Shown in pieces: positions 1 through 8,645 of a DNA stretch of 62,740 nucleotides (within the stretch, counting starts at the first letter, position 1; each line of letters begins with the position of its first letter). Under the pieces are notes generated by a model that worked only from the letters and a program-made list of their open reading frames with translations, was not told where the DNA came from and made no database searches. The position numbers and the translations under genes were made by a program. This stretch comes from Nanobdellota archaeon (GTDB lineage: Archaea; Nanobdellota; Nanobdellia; Woesearchaeales; GW2011-AR9), in contig JAUYPX010000039.1 in assembly GCA_030697505.1 (NCBI GenBank), positions 1 to 62,740 on the forward strand, written 5' to 3'.

Positions 1-3000
1 TGAATATTTGTAGTACTGGTGCTGGTTGAACTACTTGGCGCTCCTCCTCCACTGCCCGGTTCTGCAATATTATCTATAGTGACAGATACTGTTTTGGTAT
101 TATTGATGTTACCGACGGTATCATTGGCAAAGACGGTGATGGTAAGGCTGCCTTCTGCTATGCTATTCGTATTTATAGAGACATTCCACATTCCAGATGT
201 ATTTGAGGCAGTAAGGTTGAACGGATTGGTGCCGTGGCTGAATTGGAAAAGAACTTTGCCTACATCAGTGAGAGAATCTCTCACCGTGGCGTTAAAATTG
301 CGGATGCCGCTCACGGTCGCTCCAGCAGCAGGCCCAGTTATGTTAACCGTCGGTGCTGTAAAATCAATCGTAAAATTGATGACCGCAGAATCATTGACAT
401 TATTTACCGTGTCATTGGCAACAATCCGTACTCCTTGTCTTCCTTCTGCTAAGGTCGAGAGGTTATAATTTACAATCCATTGGCCGGAGATATTTGTTCC
501 GGTAATGTTGAAATCCTGACTCGTGCCGTTGTCAAACCAGAAGTAGACCGTATCAAGGAGAAGTAAACTATCAAACACGCTGGCATTGAAAGTCTGGTTG
601 CTTGACCTAATGCTGAAATTGCTGTCATTCACGGGATTGTTCAGAAAGTTACGAGTGACATTTGGGGAAGTGAAGTCCACAGTAAAATTCATGAAATAGG
701 TATCATTGATATTATTGACGGTGTCGTTGGCGATTATTCGCACACCTTGCTTCTCTTCTGCTAACGTGGAGACATTGTAACTTATGGTCCATTGGCCGGA
801 ATTGTTGATGCCAGTTATATTTATGTCATTTCCAGTCCCATTATCCAACCAGAAGAACAATTTATTGATGTCGGTTAGAGTATCAAATGCACTGGCATTG
901 AAAGTTACATTTCCAGAACGGACACTATAATTACTGGCATTAAACAGAGTATTGGCATTGATAGAATTTATAGTTACATTTGGAGAAGTAAAGTCCACAG
1001 TGAAATTCATGAAATAGGTATCATTGACATTATTGACGGTGTCATTGGCGATAATTCGTACACCTTGTCTTCCTTCTGCTAACGTAGAGACATTGTAACT
1101 GACAATCCAATTTCCAGATTGGTTGACTGCGGTTACATTAATGTCATTTCCAGTTCCATTGTCCAACCAGAAGTAGACTCTGCTTACCCCGGTAAGAGCA
1201 TCAAAGATGCTGACATTAAAGGTTACATTTCCAGAACGGACACTAAAATTACTGGCATTAAACAGAGTATTGGCATTGAGAGAATTTATAGTTACATTAG
1301 GTCCTGTAAAGTCGACAGTAAAGTTGATGATCGCAGAATCATTGACATTATTTACCGTGTCATTGGCAACAATCCGTACTCCTTGTCTTCCTTCTGCCAA
1401 GGCTGACACATTGTAACTGATGGTCCATTGCCCGGAATTGTTAATCCCGGTTATATTTATGTCATTTCCAGTTCCGTTGTCCAGCCAGAAAAATAATCTA
1501 TTTATGTCAGTTAGAGTATCAAATGCACTGGCGTTAAAGGTTACATTTCCAGAACGGACACTATAATTACTGGCATTAAACAGAGTATTGGCATTGAGGG
1601 AATTGATAGTCACATTAGGAGAAGTGAAATCGACCGTAAAGTTGATGACCGCAGAATTATTGATATTGTTGACCGTGTCATTGGCGATGATTCGCACACC
1701 TTGCTTCCCTTCCGCCAATGTTGAAACATTGTAACTTACGGTCCATTGGCCGGAAGTGTTCAATCCGGTGACGTTAACGTCAGCGCTGGTTCCATTGTCG
1801 AACTGGAAGTAAACTGTACTAATTTGAGTGAAACTATCAAATACGCTGGCGTTGAAGGTTTGATTGCTTGATCTAATGCTAAAGTTGCTGTTATCAGCAG
1901 GATTGTTGAGGAAATTGATGGTGACATTTGGAGGCGTTTTATCTAGGATAGTAAGGTTATTAGAAATTACAACTGTTCCATCACCAGTTCCATTATTAGG
2001 GGTAGCATGCACGCTCCAGTTTTCACCTAGAATTGTTTCTTGGGCTGTAATGACGTTGGTTTGGTTTCTCCAGAGCGCATAGATCTGTTCATTGGAGAGA
2101 GAGCGATTGAAGATCATCACTTCGTCGATGGTTCCATTGAAAACATTAGAGGTCGCTCCTGATCCTCTTCCAATGTTGTAGGGAGTTTCATTATCCCAGG
2201 TTGTTGCATTCAATGACGTAAACGAATTAAGCACACATGGCTCTGCTGCTGCTTGTGCTCCGTCGATAAAGGTAGCCGCGTGTGTTAAGTTATATCTTCC
2301 AGTTACAAACACCCACGAATTCCATGACACAGCATTAGTAGTTGATTGTATAGAACACAATTTTGAGTTACTGCTTTTATTCTCATATATAATAAAATAG
2401 GTTCTATTAAGGTCTACCAGTGTACCGAAAAATAAAAAGTTGTTTAGGTTGTCAAGTCTAGATACTATAGTTGTCACTGCACTAGCGGATGTAGATTTTC
2501 CTTTTATGTATACCCATGAATTTATAGTGCACCCGTTAGTACATGCCAATCTAGTGCTGTTATTATCGCTCAAACCGATGTAATCATTGGCACCATCAAA
2601 CATATACGCTCCTTTTCCATCGTATCCCCCAGTGGAATTCCATAATACTCCCCCAGTTTCATTTCCATGATTTCTTAATCCGGAGTAATCCCATGTTTTA
2701 TTATCAGCGGTGGTACCGCTAGTCCCATTGATCCCTTCAAAGGGCATATTGAGTACGGCAATAGGACTGTTATTCATAAGCCAATTATAGATCACTTTCA
2801 GCGAATTGCCATTCGTCTGTGTAGTATTGTAAGCAGTAAGATTAGTATCTGTATCATTTTTACTAATATCTGTCGTATTAAGCACTAAAGCTATGCTTGG
2901 AGCATTCTGGATAGTTATTCCTTGTATTCCGATACTTGAGGTTTCTTTCTTGATAGTTTCAGGTTCAGCATATGTTTCAGTGATTATCGTAACTGCCTGT

Positions 3001-3161
3001 TCCGAGGAAGCATTACTTGATTCAACCAACGTAGTTTCTTCCGTAGGCAGCGTCGTTATGACAGCACCAGTGATAGAAGTAGTCTGCTGCAATAATAAGA
3101 ACGTACCCGCGATTACCAGCAGCAAAGCAAAGAAGATTGCTAACTCTACATTAACTTTCAT
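1..3161 (-). CDS. Secreted/surface protein, 3'-partial (open to the window edge): N-terminal hydrophobic anchor or signal, LamG (Laminin_G_3-like) domain, then at least 6 tandem ~106-aa Ig-like repeats rich in N-x-S/T sequons
   Basis: Absent from the ORF track because no stop lies inside the window. ATG at 3161-3159. My reverse translation gives MKVNVELAIFFALLLVIAGTFLLLQQ... at the start. It gives GATSNVFNGTIDEVMIFNRSLSNEQIYALWRNQTN at 2159-2045 (LamG C-terminal motif) and NSGQWTISYNVSALAEGRQGVRIVANDTVNNVNDSAIINF at 1439-1321. All three stretches share the frame of the ATG. No stop-bounded minus-strand ORF is listed for 1-3184. Confidence 0.8.
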   Translation of the reverse strand, partial: MKVNVELAIFFALLLVIAGTFLLLQQTTSITGAVITTLPTEETTLVESSNASSEQAVTIITETYAEPETIKKETSSIGIQGITIQNAPSIALVLNTTDISKNDTDTNLTAYNTTQTNGNSLKVIYNWLMNNSPIAVLNMPFEGINGTSGTTADNKTWDYSGLRNHGNETGGVLWNSTGGYDGKGAYMFDGANDYIGLSDNNSTRLACTNGCTINSWVYIKGKSTSASAVTTIVSRLDNLNNFLFFGTLVDLNRTYFIIYENKSSNSKLCSIQSTTNAVSWNSWVFVTGRYNLTHAATFIDGAQAAAEPCVLNSFTSLNATTWDNETPYNIGRGSGATSNVFNGTIDEVMIFNRSLSNEQIYALWRNQTNVITAQETILGENWSVHATPNNGTGDGTVVISNNLTILDKTPPNVTINFLNNPADNSNFSIRSSNQTFNASVFDSFTQISTVYFQFDNGTSADVNVTGLNTSGQWTVSYNVSTLAEGKQGVRIIANDTVNNINNSAVINFTVDFTSPNVTINSLNANTLFNASNYSVRSGNVTFNASAFDTLTDINRLFFWLDNGTGNDINITGINNSGQWTISYNVSALAEGRQGVRIVANDTVNNVNDSAIINFTVDFTGPNVTINSLNANTLFNASNFSVRSGNVTFNVSIFDALTGVSRVYFWLDNGTGNDINVTAVNQSGNWIVSYNVSTLAEGRQGVRIIANDTVNNVNDTYFMNFTVDFTSPNVTINSINANTLFNASNYSVRSGNVTFNASAFDTLTDINKLFFWLDNGTGNDINITGINNSGQWTISYNVSTLAEEKQGVRIIANDTVNNINDTYFMNFTVDFTSPNVTRNFLNNPVNDSNFSIRSSNQTFNASVFDSLLLLDTVYFWFDNGTSQDFNITGTNISGQWIVNYNLSTLAEGRQGVRIVANDTVNNVNDSAVINFTIDFTAPTVNITGPAAGATVSGIRNFNATVRDSLTDVGKVLFQFSHGTNPFNLTASNTSGMWNVSINTNSIAEGSLTITVFANDTVGNINNTKTVSVTIDNIAEPGSGGGAPSSSTSTSTTNI
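60..1930 (-). repeat. Tandem 318-bp (106-codon) coding repeats inside the surface-protein gene
   Basis: The landmark GT(C/A)(A/G)TTGGC recurs at 118, 411, 723, 1041, 1359 and 1677, mostly 318 bp apart. About 70 nt are identical between the 380-450 and 1330-1397 copies, and the spurious plus-strand ORFs there share the peptide DDRRIIDIIYRVIGNNPYSLSSFC. Boundaries are approximate. Confidence 0.8.
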
Positions 3162-3184
3162 AGTCCTCTTCTTTGCTTTTTTAT

Positions 3185-3664
3185 TTAGCTTTGGCATTTT
3201 TTCTGGTGACGCACATATACTGTCCGCACGGTGCTGTATTTTTTGTTTAAGAGCGTGGAAATTTTGACAAAGGATAACTTCATCTCATCTTTTAGATAGG
3301 CAACTAAGGATTCAAGGACGGCAAAATTTCTATTCGCAAAAATATGATAAGGGATGATGATAGAATCGTCAGAAATATCAAGCTGGCCGGATAATTTTTT
3401 CCTGGCTTTTTGATAAGTGGTATAAAGAGTGCTTCTTTTTCGATTAAGAATGTCGGCGATCTCGCTGATAGTCAATCCTTTACTATCTTTAAGATACATG
3501 ACAATCGCTTCTAAACCAGAAACGCCGGAACGGAAAACAGAAATAGGGATCCCTTCTTTTTTACCAAGAATCTTTTCTAATACTTCTTTTTTTTCCTGAT
3601 CTGAAAGGGAGGCGACTAGATTGGAAAGTAATTGTACTAGCTCCTCTTTTTTTTGAACGTCCAC
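3185..3664 (-). CDS. Small DNA-binding protein with two sigma-70 region-4/LuxR-like HTH segments
   Basis: Two similar segments, GLTISEIADILNRKRSTLYTTYQKARKKL and MKLSFVKISTLLNKKYSTVRTVYVRHQKK. Transcribed divergently from lgt. Confidence 0.5.
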   Translation of the reverse strand: MDVQKKEELVQLLSNLVASLSDQEKKEVLEKILGKKEGIPISVFRSGVSGLEAIVMYLKDSKGLTISEIADILNRKRSTLYTTYQKARKKLSGQLDISDDSIIIPYHIFANRNFAVLESLVAYLKDEMKLSFVKISTLLNKKYSTVRTVYVRHQKKCQS

Positions 3665-3704
3665 TCTCTTTTACCTTCAAAGCTTTTCTTTCTTTTTAAA
3701 TTTT

Positions 3705-3815
3705 CGCTATTATGTAGTTCTTTTTTATTCTTTTGTAGTCTTAATTTATTATTATGTAGCCTTACTCCTCTGCTATTTACTATCTTGTAGCTATAATTTA
3801 CTATCATGTAAAAAG
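3705..3815. promoter_or_regulatory. Phased direct repeats (T[AT]TGTA[GA]) in the divergent promoter region between the HTH gene and lgt
   Basis: The TGTAG/TGTAA core sits at 3713, 3734, 3755, 3786 and 3807, giving spacings of 21, 21, 31 and 21 bp. The last two units are a 21-bp tandem, ATTTACTATCTTGTAG and AATTTACTATCATGTAA. Confidence 0.4.
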
Positions 3816-3850
3816 AATACATATTTATAATTAACGATAATTTCACACCT

Positions 3851-4711
3851 ATGTGGATTCACAACCTAGACCCAGTTCTCGCGCATCTAGGCCCATTAGA
3901 AATCCGTTGGTACGGTCTAGTGTATGTCTTAGGATTCTTCCTAGCCATTTTTTGGCTTAAATATATGCAAAAAAAAGGCTACCTCTCTCTTTCCCAAGAC
4001 GAGATTTGGGATTTTGTCTTTTATCTGATGCTCGGTGTCCTAATCGGTTCGAGACTGTTTGAAATATTCTGGGAACCGCAGCTCTATCTTTCTCACCCCC
4101 TCAATTTGTTTAAAATCTGGCAAGGGGGGATGAGCTTCCACGGCGGTTTGGTAGGGATTGTAACTGCGGCTTGGCTCTACTGTAAAAAGAAGAAGCTCTC
4201 TTTCGGGAAAATGGCTGACCTCATGAGTGTTCCCGCAATTTTCGCGTTGGCTTTAGGAAGGATTGCGAATTTTGTGAACGGAGAATTGGTAGGTCGAATT
4301 TGGGCTGGGAAATGGTGCGTGGTCTTTCCTGATTATGGCCCAGAATGCCGACACCCTAACATGATCTATTCTTTTTTTGAACGCATGCTAGTTTTTGGCT
4401 GGTTATTTCTCTTGACCTTCTGGAAAGAGTTCCAACCTGGTCAAGTCACTGGTGTTCTATTCCGTAGGAATGCTCCGAATGCTAATGAGGTTGGTGACCT
4501 TCCCCTCACTCCGTTCAGGGAAGGTTTCATCTTCTGGAATTTTGTCTTCTGGGAAGGGCTGGGAAGAATCATGGTCGATTTCTTCCGTGAAGATATCCTT
4601 TACTTTGGTTTCAGCTTAGGGCAATGGTTCAGCGCGGTGATGGTTGTTGCGGCAGTGATTGCCTTTGCGAAATATTACCAAGAAGATTGGAAGAAGATTT
4701 TTAAAAAATGA
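3851..4711 (+). CDS. lgt: Prolipoprotein diacylglyceryl transferase (Lgt) homologue
   Basis: LGPLEIRWYGLVYVLGF, WQGGMSFHGGLVG, GRIANFVNGELVGR, RHPNMIYS and GRIMVDFFRED match the conserved Lgt blocks as recalled from E. coli and B. subtilis Lgt. Confidence 0.85.
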   Translation: MWIHNLDPVLAHLGPLEIRWYGLVYVLGFFLAIFWLKYMQKKGYLSLSQDEIWDFVFYLMLGVLIGSRLFEIFWEPQLYLSHPLNLFKIWQGGMSFHGGLVGIVTAAWLYCKKKKLSFGKMADLMSVPAIFALALGRIANFVNGELVGRIWAGKWCVVFPDYGPECRHPNMIYSFFERMLVFGWLFLLTFWKEFQPGQVTGVLFRRNAPNANEVGDLPLTPFREGFIFWNFVFWEGLGRIMVDFFREDILYFGFSLGQWFSAVMVVAAVIAFAKYYQEDWKKIFKK

Positions 4712-4723
4712 AAATCACTATTG

Positions 4724-5200
4724 TTAATGGAGTAATCTCCCCTGAAATTTATCTCTTATCTCATTAATCTTCTTCTCGTTTAATTTGATAATAACTGACT
4801 TACACTTAACTAAAAATTCTGGAGCTCTCTTGATCATCTGGCGGTATTGTTCGTCTGGAACGGTTCTATCAATGTAATACTGGGAATCAACTCTTGCTTT
4901 CAAAGATTCTTCCATAAAATTTAATTCAGGTTCTTGAAAATAATCTTTAAGAAATCTTTTTGTAAATTCAATAGTACAGGAGTGAATTTCACATTTTATG
5001 CCGATCTTCATCAAAATAGCATAAAGCGAAAAGTAAATGGTGTAATATGCAGTCGAAATTTTCCAATCCTTAATAATATTCACTCGCATTGACTCAAGAG
5101 CTTCTTCAGCTTTCTTAATATACGCATTTGCAAGATCTGAATTTGGCTCAATTAAACTTAATCCTCCTTTCTTTCCTGCACACCATTTTATTTTATCCAT
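4724..5200 (-). CDS. HEPN-domain protein (toxin partner of the upstream nucleotidyltransferase)
   Basis: Size, helical composition and an 8-bp overlap with the MNT gene fit a HEPN protein. I saw no clear R-x4-6-H motif, only R...Y (KARVDSQYY). Confidence 0.6.
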   Translation of the reverse strand: MDKIKWCAGKKGGLSLIEPNSDLANAYIKKAEEALESMRVNIIKDWKISTAYYTIYFSLYAILMKIGIKCEIHSCTIEFTKRFLKDYFQEPELNFMEESLKARVDSQYYIDRTVPDEQYRQMIKRAPEFLVKCKSVIIKLNEKKINEIRDKFQGRLLH

Positions 5201-5783
5201 CCTTGAAAACCACCCGTATAAATTGCTCTACATTAACAAAAACCACGTGGTTTTTTAAAACTTCTTTCAAAAGGATATCTTTTGTCACATTTTTCTCAAA
5301 AGTTTTTAGGGGATAACATTTTACACTTATTTCTATGCCTAAATTTTTTGAAACTCTTTTTATCCCATCTTGGTTATAAGTACCAGCAACAAAAATATCT
5401 AAATCAGAACCTTCTTTCTCTAATCCCTTGACATAACTCCCAAAAATAACGGCAATTCCTTCGATATGGGGGGTTATTTTTTCTATGATCTCCTTAATCA
5501 AAAGTCTTTTTTCTAAAAAGGCAATTGCTTTGTATTGTTCTACCAAAACGAGATACCTCTTAGTAAACTCACTGGGATTTATTTTATAGGTCTTGATTTT
5601 CCCCCTAGTTTTTGATTCTATAATCCCTTTATCTTCTAGATCTTCAAGAATAAGCTGTGCGGTTCTGGGGCTTATTTTTAACAATCTCTCAACTTCCCTA
5701 ATATAATATTCTCTACTAAAATCATTGGTGAATAGAGATAAGACTTGCAGGGTGTTCTCGGTCATTCTAACTTTTTCATACAT
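5193..5783 (-). CDS. Minimal nucleotidyltransferase (MNT) with N-terminal winged HTH
   Basis: GSYVKGLEKEGSDLDIFV (G-S...D-x-D NTase motif). N-terminal wHTH LLKISPRTAQLILEDLEDKGII. Confidence 0.7.
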   Translation of the reverse strand: MYEKVRMTENTLQVLSLFTNDFSREYYIREVERLLKISPRTAQLILEDLEDKGIIESKTRGKIKTYKINPSEFTKRYLVLVEQYKAIAFLEKRLLIKEIIEKITPHIEGIAVIFGSYVKGLEKEGSDLDIFVAGTYNQDGIKRVSKNLGIEISVKCYPLKTFEKNVTKDILLKEVLKNHVVFVNVEQFIRVVFKDG

Positions 5784-5946
5784 GTGTATAATTTATAATA
5801 CGCACATATATAAATCTTTTGGTGGCTCTTTTGAGAAATATTATGGGGGGATTGGAAAAAGATATTTTTGAGAAACTGATGTGGGTTAACATTAACGAAG
5901 CAAAGAAACTATCTTTGGCCCCCAATGTTAAAACAATTGTAAAAAG

Positions 5947-6117
5947 ATTAAAAGAAATGGATGCCTCTTAGACCTAACCTAATTTCTTCCGCATCTTCGC
6001 CAATAAGATGTAATCCTCTTTTGTGCCGCTGCCGCCTTGGCATTTCGCTTCCAGTTCAGCCAGCTCTTTTTTATGATCTTTTTGTCTTTTTTCCAAATCC
6101 CGTTTACTCATCGCCAT
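5947..6117 (-). CDS. Possible 56-aa coiled-coil protein downstream of ABCE1
   Basis: Manual translation gives MAMSKRDLEKRQKDHKKELAELEAKCQGGSGTKEDYILLGEDAEEIRLGLRGIHFF. Under 60 aa, so not in the track. No recognised family. Confidence 0.25.
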
Positions 6118-6156
6118 CTGGTCATCACCTTGTTAATATTTGTAATTTATATAATC

Positions 6157-7926
6157 TTAGCTATAATACCACTTATTCTCTGCCTTCTGCTCCCGATCTT
6201 TTACAGACTCAGGCTTGTTGATTCTCGGCCGATGCGAGCTTACATCCCGCCTCATAGTGATATCCAAGCTCTTCAGGAACAGATTCATCCCTTCTTCCAT
6301 CTTTAACGGGCCTTCTAAATGTCCTTCTCTGGCCGGCGTACCAGAGAACACGATCAGCTTGTTGGAGATATAATCAAGGAACATCAGATCGTGGTCAACG
6401 ACTAAGACAGTTACATCTCTTTCCCAGGCCAGATTTTTGATGATCTTAGAGATCAACAATCGCTGTTCGATATCCAAGTATGCTGAAGGCTCGTCCAGCA
6501 GGAAAAGCTGGGCATCTTGTGATAAACAGTGGGCAATTGCTACCCTCTGTAACTGTCCTCCAGAGAGTTCGGATAATTTTTGAGTGAATAATTTTTCTAC
6601 ATCTAAAGGCCGGATAAGCTGGTGTTGATATTTAACCGCAGCTTCATGCAGCAGTTCGCCGACGGTCATCTCTGAATCTGTTTCCAGATACTGCGGCTTG
6701 TAGGAAACTTTGACGTTGTCTCCGAGCGCGCCAGAATCAGGCTTGATCAATCCAGCCAGCAATTTGATGAAGGAAGTCTTTCCAATGCCATTCTCCCCTA
6801 AAATTCCGACAATCTCTCCTTTATACAATGCTCCTTCTTTTGCGGTAAGATTGAAATTACCTAATTTTTTAGTGAGTTTATTCCAGGAAGTAAGCTGCGT
6901 CCGCGAACTGGTCTTGACATCCTGCGCTTTTTCATATTTGATGGCATGGTCGCGGAAACGGACATTTTCTTCCTTCAAATACCCATCTAGAAAGGCGTTT
7001 ACTCCTTCGCGTGCATTTTTCACTCCGGAAACGATTCCAAATCCATTCTCGATCCCATACATAATATTGACCAAGTCAGTCATGTAATCAAAAATGATCA
7101 AGTCATGCTCAATGACCATGATGGCAGTATCGGGGGCAGCTAAGGATTCAATATATTTTGAAATTTTAATTCTCTGTTTGATGTCTAGATATGAGGTCGG
7201 TTCGTCAAACAAGTATAGGTTTGCTTTCTTGAGCACGGCAGCGGCGATAGCCACCCTTTGCAATTCCCCTCCTGAAATAGTGCTGATCTCGTTGTCAAGG
7301 ACCTTGACCAGATCTAATTCTAACGCTACCTTGCTGAGCAGGGAATCGGTGTCGATCTTGCTCAGCAGCTGCCGGACTGTTCCAGAGAATTGTTTTGGGA
7401 TCAAATCAACTTGCTGCGGCTTATAGGAGAGAGAAATTCCTCCTTTGCCTAATCTTTCCAGGAACTTCTGCGTTTCTGATCCCTTAAAATAATTGATGAC
7501 TTGTTTGAAATCAGGCATAGTTTTCCAATCTCCGAGGTTGGGCTTTATGATCCCGGACATAATTTTCAATGCCGTCGATTTCCCAATGCCGTTCCTTCCT
7601 AAAATTCCGGTGACTTTTCCAAACATCGGCGAAGGCAAGGAATACAATTCAAACAGATTCTCTCCATATCTATGTAACGGGGGTTTGTCTAACGTAGTTG
7701 GCAAGTTGATAATTTCAATCGCCCCGAAGGGGCATCGGTTTGGACAGATCCCGCAGCCGGTGCAGAGCATTTCGTCGATGCGGGCTTTTTTGTCAGGTTC
7801 GCCAGGATAGATGCAATCAGCGCCTGCCCTATTGACGGGGCACAGTTTAGCGCAAAGGTAGTTGCCGCACTCAGTAGGGTGGCATTTGTCCCGATGAATT
7901 ATCGCTATACGTTTTCGTGTACTCAT
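6157..7926 (-). CDS. abce1: ABCE1 / RNase L inhibitor (Rli1): ribosome-recycling ATPase with N-terminal 2x[4Fe-4S] domain
   Basis: CHPTECGNYLCAKLCPVNR and CTGCGICPNRCPFGAIEIINLP ferredoxin motifs. Two ABC domains (GRNGIGKST and GENGIGKTS Walker A; ISGGELQRVAIA and LSGGQLQRVAIA signatures). Confidence 0.95.
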   Translation of the reverse strand: MSTRKRIAIIHRDKCHPTECGNYLCAKLCPVNRAGADCIYPGEPDKKARIDEMLCTGCGICPNRCPFGAIEIINLPTTLDKPPLHRYGENLFELYSLPSPMFGKVTGILGRNGIGKSTALKIMSGIIKPNLGDWKTMPDFKQVINYFKGSETQKFLERLGKGGISLSYKPQQVDLIPKQFSGTVRQLLSKIDTDSLLSKVALELDLVKVLDNEISTISGGELQRVAIAAAVLKKANLYLFDEPTSYLDIKQRIKISKYIESLAAPDTAIMVIEHDLIIFDYMTDLVNIMYGIENGFGIVSGVKNAREGVNAFLDGYLKEENVRFRDHAIKYEKAQDVKTSSRTQLTSWNKLTKKLGNFNLTAKEGALYKGEIVGILGENGIGKTSFIKLLAGLIKPDSGALGDNVKVSYKPQYLETDSEMTVGELLHEAAVKYQHQLIRPLDVEKLFTQKLSELSGGQLQRVAIAHCLSQDAQLFLLDEPSAYLDIEQRLLISKIIKNLAWERDVTVLVVDHDLMFLDYISNKLIVFSGTPAREGHLEGPLKMEEGMNLFLKSLDITMRRDVSSHRPRINKPESVKDREQKAENKWYYS

Positions 7927-7993
7927 GGCCTTCTTTGCGGGAGTTTGTTTTATATTCTTTTTGCTTATTTTAGAAATAAAGAAGAATTTATTG

Positions 7994-8362
7994 TTATTTT
8001 AAGAACATCACATTAGGTAAATCTTTAAATTCTTTGTCTCCGGTTAAAAAGAGGATATTCTTTAATCTAGCTACTTCATAACCAATACAATCTGCATAAG
8101 ATAATTTCTTTTTTTTGTGTACGAACCTAAACAGCATTGCTTTTGTTATGATTTCCCCATCTACGTCTATTACATATGATAATAATGTCTTCAACATCTC
8201 ATCAGCCATTACTTTTCCCATTTCGTTCAATACTACGTAGTACACCTCGGCAACATTAAAGATGGTGGTTATTCCAGTGTGCTCTTCAAAATAAGATTTA
8301 TAATGCACGTTACCATGAAAATATTCTATAAATGCAAAACTATCATAAAAATACTTGCTCAT
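7994..8362 (-). CDS. vapC: PIN-domain toxin (VapC-like)
   Basis: 122 aa. Acidic residue near the N terminus (FYDSFAFIEY), C-terminal LSYADCIGYEVA...FLTGDKEF. 4-bp overlap with the antitoxin gene. Confidence 0.65.
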   Translation of the reverse strand: MSKYFYDSFAFIEYFHGNVHYKSYFEEHTGITTIFNVAEVYYVVLNEMGKVMADEMLKTLLSYVIDVDGEIITKAMLFRFVHKKKKLSYADCIGYEVARLKNILFLTGDKEFKDLPNVMFLK

Positions 8363-8571
8363 TCCCAGCCTTCTCTCATTTCATCTTTCAGTTGTTGGGT
8401 AGATTTGGCAAATTTCATGGAATTAAAGAACGTCTTGATATCTGCTACTTTTTTAATCTCTATGATTACAGTTTGATTTTCACTGAGATGCTCTTGATCT
8501 ATAATTTTTTTTGGAATAGCTATCCCTAAAGAATTTCCCCATTTCCTGGTTTGAACTTCTATTTCAGCCAT
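8359..8571 (-). CDS. vapB: AbrB/MazE/SpoVT-type antitoxin (VapB-like)
   Basis: VQTRKWGNSLGIAIPKKII is a typical swapped-hairpin AbrB motif. Start/stop overlap with the PIN gene. Confidence 0.65.
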   Translation of the reverse strand: MAEIEVQTRKWGNSLGIAIPKKIIDQEHLSENQTVIIEIKKVADIKTFFNSMKFAKSTQQLKDEMREGWE

Positions 8572-8645
8572 TCATTTAATTAAAGTATAATTATATATAA
8601 ACATTTTGCAATAATTTTATAAAATAGTCTGCTCCACAACAATTC

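Noticed and set aside
19-3267. Seven plus-strand ORFs of 69-149 aa listed in the track (19-468, 234-452, 1119-1406, 1207-1416, 1864-2082, 2893-3267 and others)
   Set aside because: They lie antisense to the long open minus-strand frame, which shows clear LamG and Ig-repeat protein features. Two of them merely repeat the same peptide because of the 318-bp DNA repeats.
4440-4530. A hydrophilic stretch of about 21 aa (RRNAPNANEVGDLPLTPFREG) in Lgt whose DNA has hairpin potential; considered as a possible BHB-type mRNA intron or in-frame insertion
   Set aside because: When aligned to B. subtilis-type Lgt as recalled, it behaves as a longer loop between TM helices rather than a disruption of a conserved block. 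The complementary segments are in pseudoknot order, and I could not draw a 3-4-3 bulge-helix-bulge.
5843-5950. 35-aa plus-strand ORF (MGGLEKDIFEKLMWVNINEAKKLSLAPNVKTIVKD)
   Set aside because: It is too short, has no motif and lies in a promoter-rich spacer. It was not reported as a feature.
6710-7810. Plus-strand ORFs inside ABCE1 (6710-7087, 7094-7426, 7493-7810), and similar antisense ORFs inside infB, pan, the transglutaminase-like gene and the 1301-aa gene
   Set aside because: They are antisense shadows of strongly supported long CDSs.
7927-7945. ACTCCCGCA (reverse complement of TGCGGGAGT) upstream of ABCE1, matching part of the repeated CCACTCCCGCAC element
   Set aside because: It is only a 9-mer. 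Roughly one chance occurrence is expected in about 125 kb of two-strand sequence, and there is no flanking similarity.
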